Positions 45,884 through 55,716 of a DNA stretch of 64,000 bases are shown here, piece by piece (position 1 is the stretch's first letter; each line of letters opens with the position of its first letter). The translations under genes were made by a program, and so were the position numbers. Below the pieces are notes generated by a model. That model searched no databases and had not been told where the DNA came from. It saw only the letters and a list, made by a program, of their open reading frames with translations. The DNA comes from Bacillota bacterium. Lineage in GTDB: Bacteria; Bacillota; Ch66; Ch109. The stretch is from the NCBI GenBank assembly GCA_050952625.1, contig JBMNLH010000004.1, positions 160,001 through 224,000 on the forward strand, given 5' to 3'.

Positions 45884-46510
45884 ATGGCAACGGTGAATTT
45901 GGGGTTTGAAAACAATCTATGGGAGATGGCGGATAAACTGCGCGGTAACATTAAGGCTTCGGAGTACAAGCATGTAGTATTGGGACTAATTTTCCTTAAG
46001 TACATCTCCGATGCTTTTGAGGAGAGATATAACGAGCTAGTTGCAGAGGGCGAAGGGTTTGAGGAAGATATAGATGCTTATACAGAAGAGAATGTTTTTT
46101 TCGTACCGAAGGAAGCCCGTTGGGAATATATAAAAGCAAATGCCAAACAGCCTACTATCGGACAGATTATTGACGAAGCGATGATAGCTATTGAGAAGGA
46201 AAATGCTTCCCTTAAAGGCGTACTGCCGAAAAACTATGCCCGGCCGGAAATAGACAAAACAAAGCTTGGCGAGCTTATAGACTTGTTTTCCTTTAAGGTT
46301 GGCGATAAGGAGGCAAGAGCAAAAGATGTCCTCGGCAGGGTTTATGAATACTTCCTTGGAAAGTTTGGTTCGTCGGAAGGAGAATTTTACACTCCACCAT
46401 CTATTGTAAAGCTGCTTGTTGAAATGATTGAGCCGTATAAAGGCAGGGTATATGATATAATCACTACGAAAACGATACAATTTAATTACCCTATTTTGAA
46501 GGCTTCCTAA
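45884..46510 (+). pseudogene. hsdM: Type I RM methyltransferase HsdM, N-terminal part, broken at GRVYD just before motif I
   Basis: [33 protein letters not shown] and GEFYTP; the expected DPxCGSG and NPPF are missing and replaced by unrelated sequence after 46456. Confidence 0.85.
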
Positions 46511-46745
46511 GGGGGTTAAGGTTCAAAAAAGGGGGTTTAATTTTGCCCATGTGGCAAACCCAAGAATGCCAGCACAGGGAATATACCTGCGCTGGCTTTT
46601 CGTTGAAGCAAAACCTATGTATACAAAAAACAACTTGATGTTGTCGTTGGGCTTTCATAATATAGAATAAAATTTATAATTTGATGTAATATTTGGCTTT
46701 CAAACAGTAGTACACGGGTGAGGCGGAAAGGAAGGTGATGTAATA

Positions 46746-47303
46746 TTGCTCGATAATGAAATTGTTAACTTATTCTATGAGCGCTCAGAGCAGGCAATTA
46801 TGGAATTATCAAACAAATATGGCTCTGTATGCAGAAAAGTCGCCAAAAATATTTTGAACAACGATCTTGACGCAGAAGAATGTGTTAACGACGCCTTTTT
46901 AGGAGCATGGAATACGATACCGCCTCAAAAACCAGATCCTTTGCTAACATATATTTGCCGTATTGTCCGAAACATCTCTATTAAAAAGTATCATGCGAAC
47001 ACTGCTCTTAAGAGAAATAGTTTTTATGATGCTGCATTAGATGAGTTGGAGGATTGCCTTGCGTCGCCGGTCAATGTAGAAAAAGAATTAGCCGCAAAGG
47101 AATTAACGCTCCTATTAGATAGTTTCCTTGATACTTTAGATAAAGAAAATCGCATGATGTTCGTGCGCCGCTATTGGTACTCAGATTCCATATCCGATAT
47201 TGCGGCAAGGTTTCAGATCAGTAGCAACAATGTTACTGTCCGTCTTTTCCGAACTCGGGAGAAATTGCAAATTTATTTACGAAAGGCAGGTTTTATATTA
47301 TGA
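46746..47303 (+). CDS. ECF sigma-70 factor
   Basis: DAEECVND, region 2 RIVRN; region 4 FVRRYWY..SISDIA...V.VRLFRTR. Confidence 0.9.
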   Translation: MLDNEIVNLFYERSEQAIMELSNKYGSVCRKVAKNILNNDLDAEECVNDAFLGAWNTIPPQKPDPLLTYICRIVRNISIKKYHANTALKRNSFYDAALDELEDCLASPVNVEKELAAKELTLLLDSFLDTLDKENRMMFVRRYWYSDSISDIAARFQISSNNVTVRLFRTREKLQIYLRKAGFIL

Positions 47304-48337
47304 AACGTGAAGATATTTCACATGCCGTCGGGAATATTAGCACCCGGCATATCCAGGAAGCGGAGAGTTTTTCGTCGCAAAATATTTCTTTTGTACACAA
47401 ACGGTTTTCCGCAAAAAGGATAGCGGCTTTGGTTGCTTCTGTTGCGCTTATTTTTACTCTTGCAGTACCTGCACTGGCGGCCGCAGATGTGCAAGCAGCG
47501 TATGAAATTCTGTATACAATATCTCCTAAAATTGCACAGGAACTCAAGCCTGTTAGAATGTCTAGCGAAGATAACGGTATTAAGATGGAAGTCATTTCCG
47601 CTTATATCAACGGTGATAAAGCCCATATATACATTTCTATGCAAGACATGACCAGCGAACGAATTGATGAAACAACCGACCTGTTTGACAGCTACAGTAT
47701 CAATCGACCTTTTTCCAGTAGCGCAACCTGTGAGAGGATAAGCTATGATGAAGAGAGCAATACAGCAACTTTTATGATTAGCATCACACAATGGGGGGAA
47801 AAAGAAATTGGCGGGGAGAAAATTACGTTTACAGTTGATAAATTTCTTAGCAACAAGCAGGAATACCATGATAAAATCCGGCAGATTGATTTAAGCAAAG
47901 TAAACCTCTCTCCGCAGACGCAGACCGATGTGAATATGAGAGGTGGGAGTTTTAGTGGCGATATCAGCGAAAAGCCGGAATACACTCACTATTTAACAGC
48001 AACTTCCGAAGGATCTTTTTCTCCTATTAACGGTGTCACTGTTACGGGTGTTGGCTTCATTGCTGGAAAACTCCACATTCAGGCCTATTATGAGAACATT
48101 CATGAAACTGACAATCATGGTTATGTCTATTTAGTGAACGCTGCCGGTGACGAAATTAGAAGCGAAGCCTCTGTTTCTTTTTGGGATTCAGAACGGAGCG
48201 GAAGCTATGAGGAGTATATTTTTGATGTTACGCCAAGTGAAATCAATAACTACGAACTCTACGGTCATTTCTGGACATGCAACTCTTTATCAAATGGAGA
48301 TTGGCAAGTAACATTCCCTCTTGAATACGAAGAATAG
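47300..48337 (+). CDS. Putative anti-sigma factor (single TM plus extracellular domain, DUF4179-like)
   Basis: ATGA overlap with the ECF gene; short cytoplasmic N-terminus, TM segment, large polar domain. Confidence 0.7.
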   Translation: MKREDISHAVGNISTRHIQEAESFSSQNISFVHKRFSAKRIAALVASVALIFTLAVPALAAADVQAAYEILYTISPKIAQELKPVRMSSEDNGIKMEVISAYINGDKAHIYISMQDMTSERIDETTDLFDSYSINRPFSSSATCERISYDEESNTATFMISITQWGEKEIGGEKITFTVDKFLSNKQEYHDKIRQIDLSKVNLSPQTQTDVNMRGGSFSGDISEKPEYTHYLTATSEGSFSPINGVTVTGVGFIAGKLHIQAYYENIHETDNHGYVYLVNAAGDEIRSEASVSFWDSERSGSYEEYIFDVTPSEINNYELYGHFWTCNSLSNGDWQVTFPLEYEE

Positions 48338-48414
48338 GTTATAATTTTCTGTAAAAGAAATACTCCTCACCGTTGATTAAATGTCAGCGATGGGGAGTTT
48401 TGCTTTCGAAGGCC

Positions 48415-48540
48415 TTATGCCTGAATTTCATTGCCGTCCTTAAAGGTGAACCGTACATCGTCTTTATCATAAACAGTAGCGTAGTCCACAAGGCTGCACC
48501 ACAGCTTTTCATCAAATTCGGTAAGTAGGTTATCTTGTTT
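48415..48540 (-). pseudogene. Second C-terminal remnant of a large serine recombinase
   Basis: KQDNLLTEFDEKLWCSLVDYATVYDKDDVRFTFKDGNEIQA*; upstream in-frame stop and no start. Confidence 0.65.
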
Positions 48541-48617
48541 GTTTAAAATCCTTGCTTATTAGTTAGTCTGAGCAGAAAGCTAGGCTGAAGTATGTGTGAA
48601 AGTGAGAATCGACAGTT

Positions 48618-48732
48618 TTTATCTGAGTTCAAAAGACCCTGCTCCTACAAGTCGGGGTTACCTTGTTCAAACTTCAGGTGGAGTAAAGTCTCCACCTGAA
48701 GCCCCGATGTTCAGTGAAGCTGAACGAGTTAC
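48618..48732 (+). repeat. Copy (E) of the TTTAT..TTCAC element, opposite orientation
   Basis: TTTATCTGAGTTCAAAAGACCC...CTTCAGGTGGAG..CTCCACCTGAAG..GTTCAGTGAAGCTGAACGAGTTAC. Confidence 0.88.
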
Positions 48733-48740
48733 GATTTTTA

Positions 48741-50435
48741 TTATAATCTACCGGTCGCAATAATCGGCCCGGCTGGTTCAACAGTATTTCCTCTTCTTTC
48801 CGCGGAAATAATTACCCCATCATAGTCTCTCAGCTGGTTGTCTACGGTTCCACGGTATACCCAGACATCTTGCGGAGTTTTATATAACGTATGAACCGAG
48901 TACCGGTCCCGATGCCGCAGCCATACTTTATAGGTGTCATATTCATGGCCGAGTTGGTTTGGATCCGGCACCCGATCCAAATGGACTAGGATACAATTAC
49001 GGTTGTAGTCCAGGAGGATGTAGGCCATCGCTCTCGGTACCCGATTGGTAGTCCTCAAAACCAAAGCCCTTTTTTGTCGATCAGCCACTGGATACGGTTC
49101 ATAAGCCAGGATTTCTTCGGCGAAACCATTCTCTACCCCTTCAGTAATCTCTTCTTCGAGTATTTCTTCCGCAGGAATTTCTTCTTCTGGTACCTCCGGT
49201 GTCAATGTGGGTCTCGGTCTTGGTGTTGGCCTAGGTCTCGGTGTCGGTCTCGGTCTAGGCGTTGGTCTGGGTCTTGGTGTTGGCGTAGGAATCGGAATGG
49301 TAATATCACAAGTTACCCCCGGGATAGCGAGTCTTTGACCGATAGCGAGTGTGTAAGGAGCTGAGATTTCATTAACCCGGGCAATATCCCGCCAGTCAAA
49401 ACCATAGAGCTCACCGATACTATATAGGGTTTGCCCCCGGGTGACAGTGTGGACCTTAATTGGCAGCACTACTTGATCGCCGGGATAGATTGTATACGGT
49501 GGTTCGATGTCCGGATTAGCCTCAAGCACTGATTGTAATGGAATCCGGAACTTGTTAGCGATCGAGGACAGGGTATCACCAACTCTGACTGTATAGAGCC
49601 AACCACAATCTGGTGGCAGCGGCGGTGGTATGGTCGGGGTTGGCGTTGGGGTCGGTGTTGGGATAGTAATGTCACAGGTTACCCCCGGGATAGCCAGCCT
49701 TTGACCGACGTAAATCGTATATGGGGGTGAAATTCCATTAACGCGAGCAATATCCCGCCAGTCAAAACCGTAAAGCTCACCAATACTGTAGAGGGTTTGG
49801 CCCCTGGTAACCGTGTGGACCTCGACCGGGATGAGTATCCGTTCTCCAGGATAGATCAAATATGGCGGAGGGATATTGGGATTAGCCTCAATTACTGCTT
49901 GGACCGGAATTTGGAAGTTTCGGGCGATTATGGCTAGGGTATCGCCTGATCTTACGGTATAGAGCCAACCGCAATCCGGCGGCAGCGGTGGTGGTATGGT
50001 CGGGGTTGGCGTCGGGGTTGGCACGGTTATGTCACAAAATACCCCAGGGATGGCCAGTCTTTGCCCTGGATAAATAGTATAGGGAGCCCGAAGCCCGTTA
50101 ACCCGGGCGATATCCCGCCAATCTACGCCATAGGAATTGCCGATAGCGGATAGGGATTGTCCTTGGAGAACGGTATGCACTCTAATCGGTATGACCAGCC
50201 TTTGTCCAGGAGTAAGGGCATAGGGTGGTCTTAAATCCGGATTAGCATTGATTATTTCTCGGACTCGAATCTGCAAGTCACGGGCAATCGAAGCTAGGGT
50301 ATCTCTGGCCGTGACCGTATAAACCCAGCCACAATCTGATGGAAGTGGTGGTATTCGTTGTTGAATTTGCGCTGAATTGTATTTCTCAGGACTCTTTTGC
50401 CTGTACACAGGATCACTCTCCTTATTAAGAATCAA
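48741..50435 (-). CDS. Six-LysM protein with Pro/Thr/Arg linkers, probable spore coat/cortex-attachment protein (SafA/ExsA-like)
   Basis: Three ~120-aa units, each with two LysM motifs; (PT)n and (PTPRPR)x4 linkers; acidic stretch; no signal peptide. Confidence 0.8.
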   Translation of the reverse strand: MILNKESDPVYRQKSPEKYNSAQIQQRIPPLPSDCGWVYTVTARDTLASIARDLQIRVREIINANPDLRPPYALTPGQRLVIPIRVHTVLQGQSLSAIGNSYGVDWRDIARVNGLRAPYTIYPGQRLAIPGVFCDITVPTPTPTPTIPPPLPPDCGWLYTVRSGDTLAIIARNFQIPVQAVIEANPNIPPPYLIYPGERILIPVEVHTVTRGQTLYSIGELYGFDWRDIARVNGISPPYTIYVGQRLAIPGVTCDITIPTPTPTPTPTIPPPLPPDCGWLYTVRVGDTLSSIANKFRIPLQSVLEANPDIEPPYTIYPGDQVVLPIKVHTVTRGQTLYSIGELYGFDWRDIARVNEISAPYTLAIGQRLAIPGVTCDITIPIPTPTPRPRPTPRPRPTPRPRPTPRPRPTLTPEVPEEEIPAEEILEEEITEGVENGFAEEILAYEPYPVADRQKRALVLRTTNRVPRAMAYILLDYNRNCILVHLDRVPDPNQLGHEYDTYKVWLRHRDRYSVHTLYKTPQDVWVYRGTVDNQLRDYDGVIISAERRGNTVEPAGPIIATGRL

Positions 50436-50494
50436 TTGTTAACTTCATTAACAGATTGTAAATCCAAAGTTGCCTGCTACTTATATTCAAACTC

Positions 50495-50523
50495 ATTATA
50501 TGGAGCAACTACTTGGACTGTGC
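50495..50523 (-). promoter_or_regulatory. Putative sigma-K promoter of the LysM gene
   Basis: Minus strand GCACA-N16-CATATAAT matches the sigK consensus. Confidence 0.6.
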
Positions 50524-50574
50524 CTATCCAAAGCCTACTTGCCTGATTTTTCAGCCATTTCCGGTTTAATAAAA

Positions 50575-50690
50575 GTGAACTCGTTCAGCTTCGCTGAACA
50601 TTGAGGCTTCAGATGGAGACTCTACTCCCCTAAAGTTTAAACAAGGTAACCCTCGCTTATAGAAGGAGGGAGTCTTTTGCTTCAGATAAA
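50575..50690 (-). repeat. Copy (F) of the TTTAT..TTCAC element, 116 bp
   Basis: GTGAACTCGTTCAGCTTCGCTGAAC...GTCTTTTGCTTCAGATAAA. Confidence 0.9.
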
Positions 50691-50794
50691 GGAATCGAAT
50701 CAACAATGTCGAAGAAAAAGGGAGACCAGGAAGATATAAGACGGAGATGGAAATTTCGGATTCGGGTTAAAGATAATGGACAGGAGAAGTCAGG

Positions 50795-51289
50795 GTGGCA
50801 GAAAATAATTTGATCTTAGGAATTGATCCAGGGCTGGCGGATACCGGGTACGCTATAGTCAATGGGTCAGGGAGATTGCCGTTTTTACTGGAAGGTGGGC
50901 TAATTCGGACAAATCGAAAGGTCCCGCTAAACTTTCGACTCAAGGAAATCTATGATGAACTGGTTTCTGTGATCCAGGCAAAGGCTCCGACCATTGTGGC
51001 CATGGAAGATTTATTTACGGACTACCGTAACCCGAGTACGGCCATCCTGATGGGGCATGCTCGGGGAGTTTGCCTTTTAGCAGCAGCTAATTGTGGATTA
51101 GCGGTTATGAGTTATAGCCCGGCCCGGGTTAAGAAATCATTGACCGGCAATGGTCGGGCTAGCAAAGAACAGGTCAAGGCGATGATCCGGGTTACCTTGG
51201 GCCTGCGGGAAGAACCAAGTTCTGAGCATGTGGCCGATGCCATTGCGGTTGCCTTATGTCATTTACGAGAACTAAGTGCTAGAGATTAG
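50795..51289 (+). CDS. ruvC: Holliday junction resolvase RuvC
   Basis: ILGIDPG, MED.F, MGHARG, VKKSLTGNGRASKEQV and ADAIAVA motifs. Confidence 0.95.
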   Translation: MAENNLILGIDPGLADTGYAIVNGSGRLPFLLEGGLIRTNRKVPLNFRLKEIYDELVSVIQAKAPTIVAMEDLFTDYRNPSTAILMGHARGVCLLAAANCGLAVMSYSPARVKKSLTGNGRASKEQVKAMIRVTLGLREEPSSEHVADAIAVALCHLRELSARD

Positions 51290-51300
51290 AGGGTTGAAAA

Positions 51301-52029
51301 GTGATTGCTAAAATTTATGGAACAATAGATGGGTTCAGTCATCGGGGGATTTATCTTCGGGTGGGTGGCTTGGTCTATGAGGTCTGCCTGACCGCTGCCG
51401 AAAGGCGGGCGATGGAGCACTATCCAATCGGCGAAGAGATTTCCTTGCATACTCTTTATTTTATGGAGGGCGGCGTCAGCGGGGGAAATCATACACCCTT
51501 GCTGGTCGGGTTTCAAAATCCGCAGCACCGGGAATTTTTTGAACTGCTGATTCGGGTAGAAGGAATTGGGGTGGGGAGTGCCTTGAAGATGTTGACGGCT
51601 CCAATTCCTCTAGTTGCGCAAGCGATTGAAGAGAATAACCTGACTTTTTTATGCACCTTAAAACATGTGGGGGAGAGGACCGCCCGGAAAATTGTCGCCA
51701 GTCTGATGGGTAAAGTAAAGATCTACGCCCAGCCCGTGGTCGAATCAATGGAGGTCCCCAGAGAAGGTGAAACCGCAAAGACAGGGCCTGTTAAGCTGAC
51801 CGGGGATCCTGAGACTCCAGCAGCCAATTCGATTAATCCGACTTCACCGGGACAGGTCCAGGAGCAGTTGCGGTCTCAGGCAACGGAAATTCTGGAGCAG
51901 TTAGGTTATTCTAATAGTGAAGTCAAAAAGATGTTAAACCAGGTTTTTGAGAAACGGTCAGATTTCACGAGGGTTGAGGAGATTCTGGCGGAAATTTATC
52001 GCAAACAGGAAAAACCGATTATAAAGTAG
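51301..52029 (+). CDS. ruvA: Holliday junction branch migration protein RuvA, with a long linker
   Basis: MIAKIYG, LI.VEGIG..SA, VGERTARKI and LEQLGYS motifs; between ruvC and ruvB. Confidence 0.9.
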   Translation: MIAKIYGTIDGFSHRGIYLRVGGLVYEVCLTAAERRAMEHYPIGEEISLHTLYFMEGGVSGGNHTPLLVGFQNPQHREFFELLIRVEGIGVGSALKMLTAPIPLVAQAIEENNLTFLCTLKHVGERTARKIVASLMGKVKIYAQPVVESMEVPREGETAKTGPVKLTGDPETPAANSINPTSPGQVQEQLRSQATEILEQLGYSNSEVKKMLNQVFEKRSDFTRVEEILAEIYRKQEKPIIK

Positions 52030-52161
52030 CCAGAAACAAGTTGACTTACCTCAGTCATCCTGAGTGTTGCGGCCGGCAGCCATGGGCGGTAGTAAGATGA
52101 AAAAGAAGAAAAAGGCTAGCAAGCAATATTATTTAGAAAAATTAAACGGGGGTGAAGAGGG

Positions 52162-53151
52162 GTGCCCCGATTAACGCTGTTAGATGGTCAGGAACAGATC
52201 GAGGATTTGCTGCAAGCCGGACTGCGACCAGTTCGCTTAGAGGACTATATTGGGCAGCCAGCCCTAAAGAAGCGGTTGGGGATCGCTTTAAAGGCAGCTC
52301 GGAAACGGGGGGAGCCCTTGGAGCATTTACTTTTGTACGGTCCTCCTGGACTGGGCAAGACCACGTTGGCCCACATTATCAGTCGCGAAATGGGAGGGAA
52401 TCTGGTTACTTCGTCCGGTCCAGCCATTGAACGGAGCGGAGATTTGATGGGGATCTTGACCAATTTGCAGGCCGGGGATATTCTGTTTATTGACGAGATT
52501 CACCGTTTGCCCCGTCCGGTGGAAGAATTTCTGTACTCCGCGATGGAGGACTTTCAAATAGATTTTGTGGTTGACAAGGGCGTCTTCGCTAAAACCGTCA
52601 AGATCACCTTAAAACCTTTTACTCTGGTTGGGGCAACGACCCGAGCTGGCTTGGTTTCCGCCCCTATGCGGGAGCGATTTGGCTTATTATATCACCTCGA
52701 TTTTTATCCAGTTGAGGATTTGCAAGAAATCGTCCTGCGCTCCAGTAGTATTCTGGGGGTCTCAATTGATCCCCTGGCCGCCAGGGAAGTAGCCAGCCGC
52801 TCTAGAGGTACCCCGCGGATTGCCAATCGATTGCTGAAAAGGGTTCGAGATTATGCCGAGGTAATGGGTGATGGTTTTATTAATCGAGAAATTGCGTCAA
52901 AGAGCCTTGTTTTAGAAGGAATTGATCCAGTTGGTTTGGATGAATTGGATCTCAGTTTTTTAAAAACCATTATCCAGATTTATAAAGGTGGGCCGGTGGG
53001 CATTGAAGCCCTAGCTGCCACGCTTAATGAAGAGGTGGATACTTTACAGGATGTAGTGGAACCTTATTTATTAAAATCAGGTTTTATTATTCGGACTCCC
53101 AGCGGCCGGAAAATCACTGAATTGGGACTGGCCCATCTTGGGTTAACCTAA
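52162..53151 (+). CDS. ruvB: Holliday junction helicase RuvB
   Basis: LRP..L.DYIGQ, GPPGLGKTTLA, FIDEIHR and RGTPRIANRLL motifs. Confidence 0.97.
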   Translation: MPRLTLLDGQEQIEDLLQAGLRPVRLEDYIGQPALKKRLGIALKAARKRGEPLEHLLLYGPPGLGKTTLAHIISREMGGNLVTSSGPAIERSGDLMGILTNLQAGDILFIDEIHRLPRPVEEFLYSAMEDFQIDFVVDKGVFAKTVKITLKPFTLVGATTRAGLVSAPMRERFGLLYHLDFYPVEDLQEIVLRSSSILGVSIDPLAAREVASRSRGTPRIANRLLKRVRDYAEVMGDGFINREIASKSLVLEGIDPVGLDELDLSFLKTIIQIYKGGPVGIEALAATLNEEVDTLQDVVEPYLLKSGFIIRTPSGRKITELGLAHLGLT

Positions 53152-53267
53152 GGGGAACTGTATGCAGGACTGATGGAGCTTGTGTTTACCAGTTGAATGT
53201 AGTAGAATTTAAGCGCAAATTTACAATTAAATCGCGGGTATGATAGAACCCAGGGGGGAGAATCTAA

Positions 53268-54152
53268 ATGGTAGAAAAAGGGACTTGGACGGTCAAAAAG
53301 GGTTTGGCCGAGATGCTTAAGGGTGGAGTGATTATGGATGTCACTACCCCAGAACAAGCCAAAATTGCCGAGGAGGCCGGAGCCTGTTCAGTAATGGCAC
53401 TGGAGCGGGTTCCAGCGGACATCAGGGCAGCCGGGGGAGTAGCCCGGATGGCTGACCCTACAGTTATTCTGCGGATAATGGAGGCTGTAACCATCCCGGT
53501 TATGGCGAAAGCCAGAATAGGTCATTTTGTAGAAGCGCAAATCCTCGAGGCCCTGGGGGTTGACTATATCGACGAGAGCGAAGTCTTAACCCCGGCGGAT
53601 GAAAACTACCACATCAATAAGCATGCCTTTAAGGTACCGTTTGTGTGTGGTGCGAAAAACTTAGGCGAAGCATTGCGGCGAATTGGGGAAGGGGCCGCGA
53701 TGATCCGCACGAAAGGCGAACCGGGCACCGGCAACGTGGTGGAGGCCGTGCGGCATATGCGGGCCGTAATGGGGGAAATTCGTTGGTTGCAAAACCTTCC
53801 GGAAGAAGAACTAATGACCGCTGCTAAGAATATGGCTGCTCCCTACGATTTGGTGGTGCAGGTGGCGAAAGCCGGCAAACTGCCAGTGGTTAACTTTGCC
53901 GCTGGAGGCATTGCCACCCCGGCGGATGCGGCTTTGATGATGCAGTTAGGTTCGGATGGCGTGTTTGTCGGCTCCGGGATTTTCAAATCGAAGGATCCGG
54001 TGGCTCGGGCCAAAGCAATCGTCGCGGCGACGACTCACTATAATGATCCCATAATTTTAGCGGAAATTTCCCGTGACCTGGGCGAAGCCATGCCTGGACT
54101 CGAGATCAGCACCTTGGGACCGTCCGATCGCATGCAGGAGCGCGGCTGGTAG
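53268..54152 (+). CDS. pdxS: PLP synthase subunit PdxS
   Basis: [32 protein letters not shown] and C-terminal MQERGW. Confidence 0.97.
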   Translation: MVEKGTWTVKKGLAEMLKGGVIMDVTTPEQAKIAEEAGACSVMALERVPADIRAAGGVARMADPTVILRIMEAVTIPVMAKARIGHFVEAQILEALGVDYIDESEVLTPADENYHINKHAFKVPFVCGAKNLGEALRRIGEGAAMIRTKGEPGTGNVVEAVRHMRAVMGEIRWLQNLPEEELMTAAKNMAAPYDLVVQVAKAGKLPVVNFAAGGIATPADAALMMQLGSDGVFVGSGIFKSKDPVARAKAIVAATTHYNDPIILAEISRDLGEAMPGLEISTLGPSDRMQERGW

Positions 54153-54226
54153 GGTATAAGAGTAGGGTATAAGATATGCCTGTTTTGGTATTTATAGTGA
54201 ATTTGGTTAGGGAAGGTTAGGGAAAA

Positions 54227-54339
54227 GTGAACTCGTCCACCTTCGCTGAACATCGGGCTTCGGGTGGAAACTCTACTTTACCTGAAGTTTGAACAAGGGA
54301 AACCCACTTTGTTTATGAAAGAGGGTAGAACCAGAAAAA
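54227..54339 (-). repeat. Copy (G) of the TTTAT..TTCAC element between pdxS and pdxT, degenerate at the TTTAT end
   Basis: GTGAACTCGTCCACCTTCGCTGAACATCGGGCTTCGGGTGGAAACTCTACTTTACCTGAAGTTTGAACAAGG. Confidence 0.82.
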
Positions 54340-54999
54340 ATGCTTGAGTCTGGTAATAACCCGCCGGAAGCCGAATCGGACATGACCTCAGCTTCAGGCA
54401 ACCGACCAATCCGGATTGGTGTGCTGGCCATGCAGGGGGCCTTTATTGAGCACTGTCGCATGATGGAAAAACTAGGCTGTGAATGCAGGCAGGTCCGGAA
54501 ACCAGAGGATCTTGAGGGTTTGCACGGTTTGATCATTCCTGGTGGAGAAAGCACCACTATTGGCAAGCTGATGGATAAATTTAAACTATTTTCGGCCTTG
54601 CAGGAAAAAGTCAGACAGGGTCTACCCGTGTATGGGACCTGTGCGGGTTTGATTCTATTGGCTAAAGAGATTACTGGTAGTACGCAACCCCGTCTAGGGT
54701 TTATGGATATAAGCGTTCAAAGAAATGGTTATGGGCGTCAGATTGACAGTTTTGAAGCGGATTTGTCTGCCCCTTTGTTGGGCGACAATCCATTTCACGC
54801 GGTTTTTATCCGGGCACCTTTTATAGAAAAGGCCGGGCCGGAGGTGGAGGTGCTGGCCGAGTTGGATAAGCGGCCAGTGCTGGCCCGTCAGGGAAAAATG
54901 TTGGTGAGTTCCTTTCATCCAGAGCTGACGGATGATCTGCGAATTCATGAGCTTTTTCTCCAGATGGTGAAGAATAGTGAATTCGTCCAGCTTCGCTGA
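54340..54999 (+). CDS. pdxT: PLP synthase glutaminase subunit PdxT (start may be 54382)
   Basis: GVLAMQG, PGGESTT, GTCAG and FHPE motifs. Confidence 0.96.
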   Translation: MLESGNNPPEAESDMTSASGNRPIRIGVLAMQGAFIEHCRMMEKLGCECRQVRKPEDLEGLHGLIIPGGESTTIGKLMDKFKLFSALQEKVRQGLPVYGTCAGLILLAKEITGSTQPRLGFMDISVQRNGYGRQIDSFEADLSAPLLGDNPFHAVFIRAPFIEKAGPEVEVLAELDKRPVLARQGKMLVSSFHPELTDDLRIHELFLQMVKNSEFVQLR

Positions 55000-55092
55000 C
55001 AGCGGGGCTTTTGATAGAGACTTCGCTCTATCTGGAGTTTGAACAAGGTAACCCCCGTTTATAGAAGTAGGGGTCTTTTGAACTCAGATAAA
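54977..55092 (-). repeat. Copy (H) of the TTTAT..TTCAC element overlapping the pdxT 3' end
   Basis: GTGAATTCGTCCAGCTTCGCTGA...ATAGAAGTAGGGGTCTTTTGAACTCAGATAAA. Confidence 0.88.
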
Positions 55093-55420
55093 CATTCAAT
55101 AAGACATTAGTCGAGGATTAAAACGTGAGACGTTAAATGGTTATCCTTAAATATGGCGCATCAAACATCGGGTTGATGATACGTTTCGGATTTCGTCAGG
55201 CAAAGTGCTTGCCCCATGGCGGTAAAACGCAAGGCGAAATGCTCTATGAATTGGTGCTTATCAGGTATGAACGTATCTGCATTGACCAACTATTGGAGTG
55301 GCTGACAAGCATCTGGTTTTTTTAGCAAGATGTTACAAAACAATATTTATAATTTTGCTTAAATATCGACTTGCCTTATTTATGGCTCTGTGCTAGAATT
55401 GGTGAAAAATTGATTTTCTT

Positions 55421-55690
55421 AAAGTGGTGATAGGGAATAGTAGGCTGCAGCGAGCTTCTCCAGAGAGTTGGTGGTCGGTGCGAACCAACGTAGCACACAG
55501 CTGAATCCACCCTGGAGCGGGAACGAAAGCGGAGCTGGCAGCCGCCTAAGTTCTACCGGTCATGTCCGTTATGCATGTTGAGTGGGTTACCGTTTAATGA
55601 TGTTTTTTAGGTGGGGTAACCAATCAGGGTGGCAACGCGGGAAGAAACCTCTCGTCCCTAACAATGATTGGGACGAGGGGTTTATTGTTT
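55421..55690 (+). promoter_or_regulatory. T-box riboswitch, serine specifier UCC
   Basis: Stem I with AGTA, AGAGA and GGTGCGA motifs; specifier GAA-TCC-A at 55506-55508; T-box AGGGTGGCAACGCG at 55626; terminator CCTCTCGTCCC/GGGACGAGGGG-TTT. Confidence 0.9.
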
Positions 55691-55716
55691 CTAATATATC
55701 CAGGAGGGAGAAGGTA

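Noticed and set aside
52050-52097. CATGGGCGGT(T)AG motif shared with 56941-56953 and loosely with 2372
   Set aside because: Too short and degenerate to support a repeat family from this window alone.
54151-54224. Short duplications AGGGTATAAGA x2 and GGTTAGGGAA x2; TTTGAACATTAA-like x3 at 37188-37227
   Set aside because: Local slippage-type duplications with no further structure.
55170-55280. Hammerhead ribozyme on the minus strand
   Set aside because: CTGACGA/CTGATAA and GAAAC are present, but stems I and II cannot both form.
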